Assembly (NCBI GenBank): GCA_017513965.1
Contig: JAFWMI010000119.1
Location: 8,922-72,921, forward strand
Source of the DNA: Atopobiaceae bacterium
Lineage (GTDB): Bacteria; Actinomycetota; Coriobacteriia; Coriobacteriales; Atopobiaceae
Reading direction: 5' to 3'
Length of the DNA: 64,000 bases
Below the pieces are notes generated by a model. That model was not told where the DNA came from. It saw only the letters and a list, made by a program, of their open reading frames with translations, and searched no databases. Shown here one piece after another: positions 8,856-18,900 of the stretch. Position 1 is the first letter of the stretch. Every line of letters begins with the position of its first letter. The position numbers and the translations under genes are program-made.

Positions 8856-10868
8856 CTAGATGCTCATGCGGGCTCGCTTGGCCTGCGCCAGTTCCTCGTC
8901 GCAGATGGGACAATACGCATGCTCGCCCACAATGTACCCGTGCTTGGGGCAAATGGAGAACGTCGGCGTCACGGTAATGTAGGGCAGGCGGAAGTTCTCA
9001 AGCGAACGACGCACCAACTGCTTGCACGCCTCGGCCGACGAGATGCGCTCGCCCATGTACAAGTGCAGCACGGTGCCGCCGGTATACTTCTTCTGCAGCT
9101 CCTCCTGCTCTGCAAGCGCTTGGAAGGGATCCGTGGTGTAGCCCACGGGGAGCTGCGATGAGTTAGTGTAGTAGGGCTCCTCGGCGGTCCCTGCTTGAAT
9201 GATTCCCTCGTAGCGCTTGAGGTCCTCGCGTGCAAAGCGATACGTCGTACCCTCGGCTGGCGTTGCCTCGAGGTTGTACATATGGCCGGTCTCCTCTTGG
9301 AACTCCACCATCTTCCTGCGCACATGATCGAGTATGCGAATGGCCATTTCGCGCCCCTCGGGCACGGTGATGTCGTAGGCATCGTTGCTGTAGTTGCGAA
9401 TCATCTCGTTCATGCCGTTAACGCCGATGGTAGAGAAGTGATTGCGCAGCGTGCCCAGGTAGCGCTTGGTGTAGGGGAACAGCCCTGCATCGATGAGGCG
9501 CTGAATCTCCTTACGCTTGAGCTCAAGCGACGTCTTTGCCAGCACCAAGAGATAGTCGAGCTCATCGAGCAGCGCCTGCTCGTCTCCCCTGTGCTTGAAC
9601 CCCAGCCGTGCCATGTTCATGGTCACCACGCCTATGGAACCCGTTTGCTCGGCAGAGCCAAACAAGCCATTTCCACGTTTGAGCAGCTCACGCAGGTCCA
9701 GCTGCAAACGGCAGCACATCGACCGCACCATGTGCGGCTCAAGGTCGGAGTTCACAAAGTTCTGGAAGTAGGGCAACCCGTACTTCGCCGTCATCTCAAA
9801 CATGAGGTCGGCATTTGGCGACTCCCAGGGGAAGTCCTTGGTTATGTTGTAGGTGGGAATGGGGAAGGTAAACACGCGGCCATGCTCGTCGCCCTCGGTC
9901 ATCACCTCAATAAAGGCACGGTTGACCATGTCCATCTCTTCTTGTAAGTCGCCGTAGGTAAAGTCAACGGGCTTGCCGCCCACCAACGGCACTTGGTTGC
10001 GAATGTCCTCGGGGCACGTCCAGTCAAAGGTGAGGTTAGAGAACGGCGTTTGCGTACCCCAGCGGCTCGGTACGTTCATGTTGTACACAAAGCCCTGCAT
10101 CTCCTGCTTTACCTGCTCGTACGAGAGGTGGTCCACGCGAATGAACGGCGCCAAGTAGGTATCGGTAGACGAGAAGGCCTGTGCTCCGGCCCATTCGTTT
10201 TGCAGGGTACCCAAGAAGTTGACCATCTGCCCCATGGCCGCCGAGAGGTGCTTGGGCGGCGCCGACTCGACCTTGTTCGCCACGCCGTTAAAGCCCTCGT
10301 TAAGCAGGGTACGCAGACTCCAGCCAGCACAATAGCCACTCAGCATGTCGAGGTCATGGATGTGGAATGCGCCAGAGCGATGCGCCTCACCAACGGCGGG
10401 AGGATAAATGTGAGAGAGCCAATAGTTGGCGATGACCTTGCCCGACACGTTGAGAATGAGGCCGCCAAGGGAATAGCCTTGGTTCGCGTTGGCGTTCACG
10501 CGCCAATCCGCGCGACTCAGGTACTCGTTCACCGAGCCGGTTACGTCAATGTACGTCTCTCGGTCTCGACGCGTCTGTGTGCGCTTCTCGCGATAGACGA
10601 TGTAGGCGCGGGCCGTCTCAAAATGGTTGGCCGTAATGAGCGTTTGCTCAACGATGTCTTGGATCTCCTCGACCGACGGCGAGGCACCGTTGAACCTATG
10701 CGCAATTACCTTGCATACCTGACCAGAAAGAATGATGGCCTCGTCTGGCCCATATTCCCCCGTAGCACCACCGGCCTTCTCGATGGCCGCAGTAATCTTG
10801 GACTGATCAAAGCTCGTGAGCGAGCCGTCACGTTTGATAATGGATGTGGGATAAGCGATGGGTGACAC
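8856..10868 (-). CDS. nrdD: Anaerobic ribonucleoside-triphosphate reductase, catalytic chain lacking the glycyl-radical tail
   Basis: GTG start preceded by GGGAGGAA. It has an N-terminal ATP-cone (IIKRDGSLTSFDQSKITAAIEKA) and a class III core (MCCRLQLD, GSIGVVTMNMARL). It ends just after the zinc ribbon, SICPKHGYIVGEHAYCPICDEE. Confidence 0.9.
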   Translation of the reverse strand: MSPIAYPTSIIKRDGSLTSFDQSKITAAIEKAGGATGEYGPDEAIILSGQVCKVIAHRFNGASPSVEEIQDIVEQTLITANHFETARAYIVYREKRTQTRRDRETYIDVTGSVNEYLSRADWRVNANANQGYSLGGLILNVSGKVIANYWLSHIYPPAVGEAHRSGAFHIHDLDMLSGYCAGWSLRTLLNEGFNGVANKVESAPPKHLSAAMGQMVNFLGTLQNEWAGAQAFSSTDTYLAPFIRVDHLSYEQVKQEMQGFVYNMNVPSRWGTQTPFSNLTFDWTCPEDIRNQVPLVGGKPVDFTYGDLQEEMDMVNRAFIEVMTEGDEHGRVFTFPIPTYNITKDFPWESPNADLMFEMTAKYGLPYFQNFVNSDLEPHMVRSMCCRLQLDLRELLKRGNGLFGSAEQTGSIGVVTMNMARLGFKHRGDEQALLDELDYLLVLAKTSLELKRKEIQRLIDAGLFPYTKRYLGTLRNHFSTIGVNGMNEMIRNYSNDAYDITVPEGREMAIRILDHVRRKMVEFQEETGHMYNLEATPAEGTTYRFAREDLKRYEGIIQAGTAEEPYYTNSSQLPVGYTTDPFQALAEQEELQKKYTGGTVLHLYMGERISSAEACKQLVRRSLENFRLPYITVTPTFSICPKHGYIVGEHAYCPICDEELAQAKRARMSI

Positions 10869-10976
10869 GCATTCCTCCCAAGTCGTAGGGTATATTGGCG
10901 CGTAAAAAGCGCACGGTATACCATACCTTGTATGCTGCGTCGTTGCAAGGGCGCGCCGCTCACACGAGTCGCTACG

Positions 10977-11225
10977 CTAAAATAGCCCAAATCGCTTCTT
11001 CACGTACGGCTCAGCCGCTACAGACGTAAGCTCATACCCCAAGTCGCCAACCACCTGGGCAACCTTCGCTCGATCGAGCTCCTCCTCCGACACCACGATG
11101 CAGCGCTTTTTCTTTCGGTCGCTTTTTGCGCTCCGCACATTGAAGTTCCGCCGTATGGCATCGTTTATGTGCGTCTCGCACATGCCGCACATCATGCCAT
11201 CTATACCCAGCGTCGTTTGTATCAT
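10977..11225 (-). CDS. Heavy-metal-associated (HMA) domain protein
   Basis: The internal start MIQTTLGIDGMMCGMCETHINDAI carries the GMxCxxC metal-binding motif. Its ATG overlaps the stop of the upstream small ORF (ATGA). Confidence 0.75.
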   Translation of the reverse strand: MIQTTLGIDGMMCGMCETHINDAIRRNFNVRSAKSDRKKKRCIVVSEEELDRAKVAQVVGDLGYELTSVAAEPYVKKRFGLF

Positions 11226-11419
11226 CGAGTCTCCTCTGCCCGCTTCTTTAGCTCTTTGAGTCTGCGCTCTTGCTCCCTCGTAAGCCGAAGGCGCGGAGAG
11301 GCGCATCCGCTCATGCAGCTGGCGCAGTCACCTCCGCAGCTCACACCGTTGCGGCGAATGCTCAAGATGGCAAGCACCACCGCACATACCAAAAGCGCTA
11401 TAACAATGACGTCAGCCAT
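11222..11419 (-). CDS. FeoB-associated Cys-rich small membrane protein
   Basis: It has one N-terminal TM helix (VIVIALLVCAVVLAILSI) followed by CGGDCASCMSGC, the typical architecture of this family. GGGAGGGA RBS. Confidence 0.65.
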   Translation of the reverse strand: MADVIVIALLVCAVVLAILSIRRNGVSCGGDCASCMSGCASPRLRLTREQERRLKELKKRAEETR

Positions 11420-11541
11420 GCATCCCTCCCAACGTCAATACGACCAGACGCGCCACTTGAGGATTCTTGTTACTCATCGCTCGTATGCACCGTACATAAT
11501 AAAACAAACGATTACTCAACCACGAACGCTTGGAGGACATC

Positions 11542-12243
11542 ATGCACATCCCAAGAGGCAAGCAACTCATGGTACGGCTCACGGTCGTTATTGCGTTACT
11601 TATACCCGCCACCCTCGTTGGCGCACGCATGGGATTCGCCGGGACTCCCGCAACCCCAAACACTATAACGTCCCAAAACATCAGCAAGCTCCTCAGAACC
11701 AAGACGCTCTATGTGGGCTGCGAACCCTCAAAGTCCCTTGGAGCCGCCCCCAAGTCGTTCATCTTCAAGAACAAAACGCTCAAAAACATACATATCAGCA
11801 ACGAAAACATTGCCGTTGCGAATACGCTTAAGCGAGACAACAAGTCCTCCTTCTTATGGGTGTATGCCAAAAAGCCTGGCAAGACAAAGCTCTCCTTTAC
11901 GTACAAGGGCAAGAAGTACTCCATAAACGTCGTGACGCGCAAGTGGGCAAATCCCGTAAAGAAGCTCACCATCAACAAGAAGAACGTTGCCTCCAAATAC
12001 AAGAACAGATCCCATTACGAAACCGCCATTGCGGGCAAGAAGGTCACAGTGACTCCGGCAAAGGGCTGGAAGCTCACTTCCTTGCGTCGTGGCGCCAACT
12101 ACACCATCAACGACTTCACCAATGGCACACGAGTGCCAAAGCCGTCTGGCACTGATGCTAACCTTGGATGCTCAATCATCGCGCGTTTGCAACAAACCAA
12201 GACGGGAATCGAGGAGTTCATCATCCTCGCGCAGCCCAGATAA
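11542..12243 (+). CDS. Lys-rich secreted hypothetical protein (possible Ig-like fold)
   Basis: I chose the ATG at 11542 because GGAGGA lies 4 nt upstream. It has a signal-like segment, LMVRLTVVIALLIPATLVGARMG. The body is K/N-rich and the DNA is visibly AT-richer than its neighbours. No catalytic motif was recognised. Confidence 0.6.
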   Translation: MHIPRGKQLMVRLTVVIALLIPATLVGARMGFAGTPATPNTITSQNISKLLRTKTLYVGCEPSKSLGAAPKSFIFKNKTLKNIHISNENIAVANTLKRDNKSSFLWVYAKKPGKTKLSFTYKGKKYSINVVTRKWANPVKKLTINKKNVASKYKNRSHYETAIAGKKVTVTPAKGWKLTSLRRGANYTINDFTNGTRVPKPSGTDANLGCSIIARLQQTKTGIEEFIILAQPR

Positions 12244-12274
12244 GACGCAGCCATGGCAACGGAGGAAGTGTACG

Positions 12275-12304
12275 GCGGGGGATGACTCATCCCCCGCTTT
12301 TTCT
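12275..12304 (+). terminator. Rho-independent terminator
   Basis: The stem-loop is gcgggggatgactcatcccccgc, followed by tttttctc. Confidence 0.7.
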
Positions 12305-12306
12305 CG

Positions 12307-14574
12307 CTAACGCACCAACAGCTCGTCAGCCTCCTGGTACTTCTTTACAAAGAGCATGTATCCCACAAAGCCGAGGATTGCCACCGAAGCAACCATACCC
12401 AAGGGGTTGAGCGCGCCTGAGCCTGCAAGACCAAGCTGGTATACCACCAAGCCCGCGCCATAGGCAAACACGCACATGTATCCAATGGCAAAGGCGGTCC
12501 ACTTGCCATTGTTCATCTCACGCTTTATGGCGCCCATGGCCGCGAAGCACGGCGCGCACAGCAGGTTAAAGATCATGAACGCAAACGCCGCAAGCCTGCC
12601 ATGCCCGTCCGAGAAGGACTCGAAGTCTTTCCGCACGTTACCCCAAATCTGCCGACCATTTTCCTCCAGCTCGTCTTCGCCATCATGGTCGTCGTAGTTA
12701 TACAGCACGCCAAAGGTGCTCACGACCTCCTCCTTGGCCACGAGGCCCGTCACGGTTGCCACCGCAGGCTTCCAACTGCCAAAGCCAAGCGGTAGGAACA
12801 CGGGAGAAATCGCATTGCCAACCGAAGCGAGCAACGAGTCATCCATGGGAGTCACCTCGTCTGGGGCAATGTGCATGCGCGCGGCCACCGACTCAACGTA
12901 CTCGTCGGTTGCCAACGATTCGTCCGCATATAGCTCTCCAACCATGCCAAAGCGCCCGTTCACGCTACCAAAGTTCGCAAGGCCCCAAATGATGATGGAC
13001 GAAAGCAAAATCACAGTGCCGGCCTTTTTGATAAACGACCAACCGCGCTCCCACGTGCTCCGCAGAACATTCGTTACGGCAGGCACATGGTAGGCAGGAA
13101 GCTCCATAACGAACGGTGCGGGCTCGCCGGCAAACATCTTGGTCTTCTTGAGCATGATGCCCGAGATGATGATGGCGGCCACGCCAATGAAGTAGGCACT
13201 GGTCGAGACCCATGCCGCCTCGTTAAAGAGGGCTCCCGCGATAAGGCCGATGATGGGCATCTTGGCACCACAGGGGATGAAGCACGTAGTCATGATGGTC
13301 ATGCGGCGGTCGCGCTCGTTCTCGATGGTGCGCGAGGCCATAACCCCGGGAACGCCGCAGCCGGTACCAATGAGCATCGGGATAAACGACTTGCCCGATA
13401 GGCCGAAGCGACGGAAGATGCGGTCCATAATAAAGGCGATGCGCGCCATGTAACCGCAGTCCTCAAGAATGGCTAGCAGCAGGAACAGCACGAGCAGCTG
13501 TGGCACAAAGCCCAGCACGGCTCCAACGCCCGCAAAAATGCCATCGGAGAGAAGGCCTACCAGCCAGGAAGAAAGCCCCAGGCTTTCAAAGAACGAGCGT
13601 GAGCCTGCGGTGAGCCACTCGCCACCCAGTACGTCGTTTGCCCAGTCCGTAAGGAACGTACCCAGCGGCCCCATGGCCAGCCAATACACGGCAAACATAA
13701 CCACGGCAAAGATGGGCAGCGCCGCTATGCGGTTGGTAACGACGCGATCGATCTTGTCGGATGCGGTAAGCTCGCCATGGTTGGCGCGGCGCAGGCATCC
13801 ATCAATAATCGAGGTGATGTAGTCGTAGCGTTGCGAGGTAATGATGGACTCGGCGTCATCGTCGAGCTCAGTCTCGCAAGCCTCGATGTCACCCTCTATG
13901 TGGGCGATCGTCTCCTCCGAGAGGCCCAACTTTGCCTGCACCTTCTCGTCGCGCTCAAAGAGCTTGATGGCGTACCAACGCTGTTGCTCCTCGGGAAGGT
14001 CGTGAACCGATACCTCCTCTATGTGGGCGAGGGCGTGCTCCACACTCCCCGCAAAGCGATGCTGGGGTATGGGTCGCTTACCACTGCGCGCCAATGCGAC
14101 GACCTTGTCGATTGCTTCCTGGATTCCGGTGCCCTTGAGCGCCGAGATGGCAACCACCTTGCAGTCCAGCGCCTTCGAGAGCGCGTCGAGGTCAATTTGA
14201 TCGCCGTTCTTCTGTACGGCGTCCATCATGTTAATGGCCACCAGCACGGGGATGCCCAGCTCCACCAGCTGCGTCGTAAGGTAGAGGTTGCGCTCCAAAT
14301 TGGTGCCGTCAACAATGTTGAGGATGGCGTCGGGACGCTGATCGGTAAGATAGTCGCGCGCGACGACCTCCTCAAGCGTGTACGGAGAAAGCGAATAGAT
14401 GCCTGGCAAGTCCGCAATCGTAATGTTAGGGTAGCCCTTGAGCTTGCCGTGCTTCTCCTCTACCGTTACGCCCGGCCAGTTGCCCACATACTGGTTTGAG
14501 CCGGTGAGCGCGTTGAACAACGTGGTCTTGCCACAGTTGGGGTTACCCGCAAGTGCAATGACAATGTCTGACAT
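12307..14574 (-). CDS. feoB: Ferrous iron transporter B
   Basis: The N-terminal G-domain reads IALAGNPNCGKTTLFNALTG, with DLPGIYSL. A large polytopic membrane domain follows. Length is 755 aa. Confidence 0.95.
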   Translation of the reverse strand: MSDIVIALAGNPNCGKTTLFNALTGSNQYVGNWPGVTVEEKHGKLKGYPNITIADLPGIYSLSPYTLEEVVARDYLTDQRPDAILNIVDGTNLERNLYLTTQLVELGIPVLVAINMMDAVQKNGDQIDLDALSKALDCKVVAISALKGTGIQEAIDKVVALARSGKRPIPQHRFAGSVEHALAHIEEVSVHDLPEEQQRWYAIKLFERDEKVQAKLGLSEETIAHIEGDIEACETELDDDAESIITSQRYDYITSIIDGCLRRANHGELTASDKIDRVVTNRIAALPIFAVVMFAVYWLAMGPLGTFLTDWANDVLGGEWLTAGSRSFFESLGLSSWLVGLLSDGIFAGVGAVLGFVPQLLVLFLLLAILEDCGYMARIAFIMDRIFRRFGLSGKSFIPMLIGTGCGVPGVMASRTIENERDRRMTIMTTCFIPCGAKMPIIGLIAGALFNEAAWVSTSAYFIGVAAIIISGIMLKKTKMFAGEPAPFVMELPAYHVPAVTNVLRSTWERGWSFIKKAGTVILLSSIIIWGLANFGSVNGRFGMVGELYADESLATDEYVESVAARMHIAPDEVTPMDDSLLASVGNAISPVFLPLGFGSWKPAVATVTGLVAKEEVVSTFGVLYNYDDHDGEDELEENGRQIWGNVRKDFESFSDGHGRLAAFAFMIFNLLCAPCFAAMGAIKREMNNGKWTAFAIGYMCVFAYGAGLVVYQLGLAGSGALNPLGMVASVAILGFVGYMLFVKKYQEADELLVR

Positions 14575-14580
14575 GGCCGA

Positions 14581-14814
14581 CTACGCCTCCTCAACCGGCG
14601 CAACTTCAATCATCTCGCAGTCTGCCTTGCGTACCGACAGCTCGTAGTTGCGCACGGTAATCTCGATGGGGTCACCCAGCGGTGCGACCTTACGCACAAA
14701 AATGGTCTGCCCCTTGGTAATGCCCATGTCCATGATGCGACGCTTTACTGGTCCAGTGCCGTTAAGCTTAACGACTTTGACTGTTTGGCCAACGCGAACA
14801 TCCTTGAGTGTCAT
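14581..14814 (-). CDS. feoA: FeoA family protein
   Basis: 77 aa. LKDVRVGQTVKVVKL...RRIMDMGITKGQTIFVRKVAPLGDPIEI is an FeoA SH3-like domain. It lies immediately upstream of feoB. Confidence 0.85.
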   Translation of the reverse strand: MTLKDVRVGQTVKVVKLNGTGPVKRRIMDMGITKGQTIFVRKVAPLGDPIEITVRNYELSVRKADCEMIEVAPVEEA

Positions 14815-14846
14815 AGAATTCCCCTCTCTCCTTGTTCGGCAGTTTC

Positions 14847-15056
14847 CTACACGTAGATCTTCTTTGCCATCTCCTCACTAATGGCAACGCGCGTATCCTT
14901 GATGGAACAAATCACGTTACCTCCCATCGCGCTCACCACCGTTATGGGCGCGCCAACCACAAAACCGAGACCTTCCAAAAACTTGCGCGTTTGGGGCTTG
15001 CCTCCAATGCGCGTAATGATGCTGCTTTCCCCCGGCTTGAGAAATGTGAGCGGCAT
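14847..15056 (-). CDS. feoA: FeoA family protein (second copy)
   Basis: The internal ATG at 15056 is preceded by AGAAGGAG. LKPGESSIITRIGG...RKFLEGLGFVVGAPITVVS is FeoA-like. Confidence 0.8.
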   Translation of the reverse strand: MPLTFLKPGESSIITRIGGKPQTRKFLEGLGFVVGAPITVVSAMGGNVICSIKDTRVAISEEMAKKIYV

Positions 15057-15091
15057 GTCGAGCTCCTTCTGTTGCCGCCAATGAGGCACTT

Positions 15092-15147
15092 TAGTTAAAC
15101 CTAGTTAACTTATCACACACGAAATAACGAGTCAACTAAAGTTAACT
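15092..15147. promoter_or_regulatory. Repeated AGTTAACT palindromes in the divergent feoA / hypB control region
   Basis: AGTTAACT occurs at 15103-15110 and 15140-15147 (centres 37 bp apart). A related TAGTTAAAC is at 15092-15100. The stretch is AT-rich and lies between the two divergent start codons (15056 and 15245). Confidence 0.4.
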
Positions 15148-15244
15148 CCTCTGCTCGAAAGTAATCTGCCACGCCTCTTATTTCCGCACGTACCAACGTG
15201 TTTTCCTATATAGTTGAACATGTATTAGAAGGGGGAGACTAAAC

Positions 15245-15913
15245 ATGGATGCCATACGCATAATCGAGGTTAAGGAGGATGTTCGTGCCAACAACAATCG
15301 CGCCGCGGACGCCCTGCGCGAACGACTGCGCGATCGGGGTACGCTCCTCATCAACCTCATGAGCTCGCCCGGTTCGGGCAAGACCACACTGCTCAGCGCC
15401 ACGCTCGACCGGCTGGCCAACGAGCTGGCCATTGGCGTAATGGAGGCAGATGTCGATTCAGACGTGGACGCACACACGGTGGCCGCGCACGGAGCGCGCG
15501 CCATACAGCTGCATACTGGCGGCATGTGCCATCTGGATGCCGCGATGACTGAGCAGGGCTTGCACAACCTTGGCATTGATGGCCTTGACCTCGTGTTTTT
15601 GGAAAACGTGGGCAACCTCATCTGCCCGGCGGAATTCGACACGGGCGCGGGCGCAAAGGTGATGATTCTCTCGTCTCCCGAAGGCCATGACAAGCCGCTT
15701 AAGTACCCCCTCATGTTTGAGGTAAGCGATCTTGTGGTTGTCTCGAAGATGGATGTGGCGCCGTACTTTGACTTCGACTTGGGGGAGTTGGAGAAGAACG
15801 TGCGCCTGCGCAACCCCAACGCCACCATCATGCCCCTCTCGGCAAAAACCGGCGAGGGCATGGATGCGTGGTGCGATTGGCTGCGCACACAGGTAGCGAA
15901 CTGGAAGGGATAA
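15245..15913 (+). CDS. hypB: Hydrogenase/nickel-enzyme maturation GTPase HypB
   Basis: LMSSPGSGKTTLL is the P-loop. ENVGNLICPAEFD and VVSKMD are G-domain motifs typical of HypB. Length is 222 aa. Confidence 0.9.
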   Translation: MDAIRIIEVKEDVRANNNRAADALRERLRDRGTLLINLMSSPGSGKTTLLSATLDRLANELAIGVMEADVDSDVDAHTVAAHGARAIQLHTGGMCHLDAAMTEQGLHNLGIDGLDLVFLENVGNLICPAEFDTGAGAKVMILSSPEGHDKPLKYPLMFEVSDLVVVSKMDVAPYFDFDLGELEKNVRLRNPNATIMPLSAKTGEGMDAWCDWLRTQVANWKG

Positions 15914-15923
15914 GGAGAGGAAC

Positions 15924-18900
15924 ATGGCAGCAAGCAATCGTCCAAGTGGAAAGACAGGCAGGCCCCAACAGGCGTTTGGTGGCGCGAGCATAGACGACCG
16001 GGCTGCGGCAATGCGCGCAGGCATGACCGATGACGACATTGCGGTACGCAACGTCATTCCCACTGCCACACCAAACGGCGAGCCGCATCGCATGATTGCA
16101 GACGAGTACTTCTCGGAAAACGACACTGCGACACATTGGAAGCCCGCCACACCCGACGAGCCGGGTCCCGCCGCACACGAGCCGCTCAAGCCCGGTGTCT
16201 TGCGAGAGGGAGTAAAGATCACCGACCGCATCCCCATAAAGCTGCACCTGCACAAAGCGACGCAGGATGACCCCGAGTACTGGGGACTTGCCGCAGTGAT
16301 GACGGAGGAGGAAGCCGAGCTCCTCAAGTGCCTGAAGGTTCGTGAGCCCAAGACGGTGCAGCAGATCGTGGACGACTCCAAGATGGACCCCGATCGCGTG
16401 CAACAGCTCCTTGATGACCTGAGCTACAAGGGCATCATCGAGTTTAACTGGGAAAACCTCGACGGCAAGAACCCTGAGCACGCGCGTCGTTACGTGCTGC
16501 CGCGCTACGTTCCCGGCTCGGCCGAGTTCACCGTTATGAACCAGCGCCTTTTGGAGGAGCACCCCGAGTTTGGCACCTTCTTTGAGAGGATGACGTTTTT
16601 GCCGCTCACCGTTGCCACCAAGATGGTGCCACCCGGTGGTGCAGGCATTGGCATGCACGTTATTCCCGTGGAGCATGCCATCAACCAGGAGTACACCTCG
16701 GCATCCGTCGAGCACCTGAGCCATTGGCTCAAAAAGTACGACCGATACGCCGCAAGCTCGTGCAGCTGCGCCCTTGCCGAGCGCGCTCGCGGCGACAACG
16801 GCGGCCGCGACCCGCAAAACTGGTGCATTGGCATAGGCGACATGGCCGACTACCTCGTGGAAACCGGCAAAGGTCACTTCATTACGTACGACGAGGTCAT
16901 AGACATTCTGCTTTTGGCCGAGCGCAACGGATATGTGCACCAGATCACCAACATTGACGGCGAGGAGAAGATCTTTGCCATTTGCAACTGTGACGTGAGC
17001 GTATGCTACGCGCTGCGCACAAGCCAGCTGTTCAACACGCCCAACATGAGCGCCAGCGCCTATCGCGCGCATGTTGACGCCGAGAAGTGCGTTGCCTGCG
17101 CGGGATGCGTCGAGGTGTGCCCGGCAGGTGCCGTGCAGCTCGGTCAAAAGATTCCCACGACCACCGGCAGCATCGACTATCCCAAGCAGCCGCTTCCCAA
17201 CGCACGCAAATGGGGCGAGGACGACTGGGACCCCAACTACAAGAACAACAACCGCATCGAGTGCCACGACACGGGCACCGCGCCCTGCAAGGTGGCCTGC
17301 CCGGCGCACGTCTCGGTGCAGGGCTACCTGCGTATGGCCGCCCAAGGTCGCTATCGCGAGGCGCTGGAACTCATAAAGAAGGAGAACCCCTTCCCCGCGG
17401 TATGCGGACGCGTATGCAACAAGCGCTGCGAGGCAGCCTGCACACGTGGAACGGTAGACGAGGCCGTCGCCATCGACGACGTCAAGCGCTTTGTGGCACA
17501 AAAGGACCTGGAAGCCGAGCACCGCTTTGTACCAGAGCCCGTTATTCCCTCTACGCGTGGTCGCCTGCCCGAGAAGATTGCCATCGTGGGTGCTGGCCCC
17601 GCTGGCCTCACCTGCGCCTACTACCTTGCCAACATGGGCTACAACCCCGTCGTGTTCGAGAAGTCCGCGCGCCCGGGCGGCATGCTCACCTATGGCATTC
17701 CCAGCTATAAGTTGCAAAAGGACGTGGTGGATGCCGAGATTGACGTTATGCGCGAGATGGGCGTGGAGATTCGCTGCGGCGTTGACGTGGGCACCGACGT
17801 AACGCTTGATGAGCTGCGCGAGCAGGGGTTCATGGCATTCTACCTCGCCATTGGCTGTCAGGGCGGCCGTCGTGCGAACATTCCCGGCGAGGAGGCCAAG
17901 GATGTTACGTACGCCGTCGACTTCCTGCGTACCGCACTCGAGAACCCCGAGCATGAGGTGGAAGGTCCCACCGTCGTCGTGGGCGGCGGCAACGTAGCCA
18001 TTGATGCGGCACGCGTCTCGGTTCGTTGCGGCTCCTCGAAGGTGACCATGGTGTGCCTGGAACAGCGCAACGAGATGCCCGCACTCCCCCACGAGATTGC
18101 AGAAGCCGAGGAAGACGGCGTGGAGATCAAGTGCGGATGGGGTCCGGCAGCCGTAGAGCTCGACAAGGACGGCGTCGTGCGTGGCGTTACCTTCAAACGC
18201 TGCACGAGCGTGTATGGTGAGGACGGACGCTTCGCGCCGGCATACGACGAAGACGACACAATGTTCGTACCTTGCGAACACGTAATCTTGTCCATTGGTC
18301 AGTCCATCGAGTGGGGTACGCTACTGGAAGGCAGCAGCATTGAGGTTGGCCCCGGCGGACGCATCGCCGCAGACGAGCAGACCTACCAAACCGCGCAGGA
18401 AGACGTGTTTGTGGGAGGCGACGTGTTTACCGGCCCGCGGTTTGTTATCGACGCTATCGCCGCCGGTCATGAAGCCGCCATCAGCCTGCACCGCTTCGTG
18501 CAAAAGGGATCCTCGCTCACCGTCTCTCGCAACCAGCGTCACTATGTGGAGCTGGACAAGACAAACCTCTCGCTCAACCCCATGGGCTACGACCACGCAG
18601 GGCGCGTGATTCCCGCCTGTGCTCGCGTGGAGACCGTCTTGCATAACTGGGATGATCCCAGCAAGACCTTTACCGAGGAACAGATTCGCATCGAGACGGC
18701 ACGCTGCCTCAAGTGCGGCGCCTCCATCGTTGACGCCAACAAGTGCATAGGCTGCGGACTGTGCACCACACGTTGCGAGTTTGACGCCATCCACCTTACG
18801 CGTGACGTACCCGAGGCCAGTCGCATGTGGAAGGCAGAGGACAAGGTGAAGGCAATACTCCCCTATGCCGCCAAACGAGGCATTCGCGTGCTCAAAGGCA

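Noticed and set aside
9993-10865. 290-aa plus-strand ORF, and other 250-aa ORFs, antisense to nrdD
   Set aside because: They are shadow ORFs. nrdD motifs are on the minus strand.
10869-10976. Search for NrdR boxes or a riboswitch directly upstream of the nrdD large ORF
   Set aside because: No 16-mer approached the NrdR consensus. Only weak AT-rich hexamers are present, so no feature was called.
15828-18281. 817-aa minus-strand ORF antisense to the Fe-S flavoprotein gene
   Set aside because: It is a shadow ORF with low-complexity A/G/V/H/L composition. The plus strand carries ferredoxin and Rossmann motifs.
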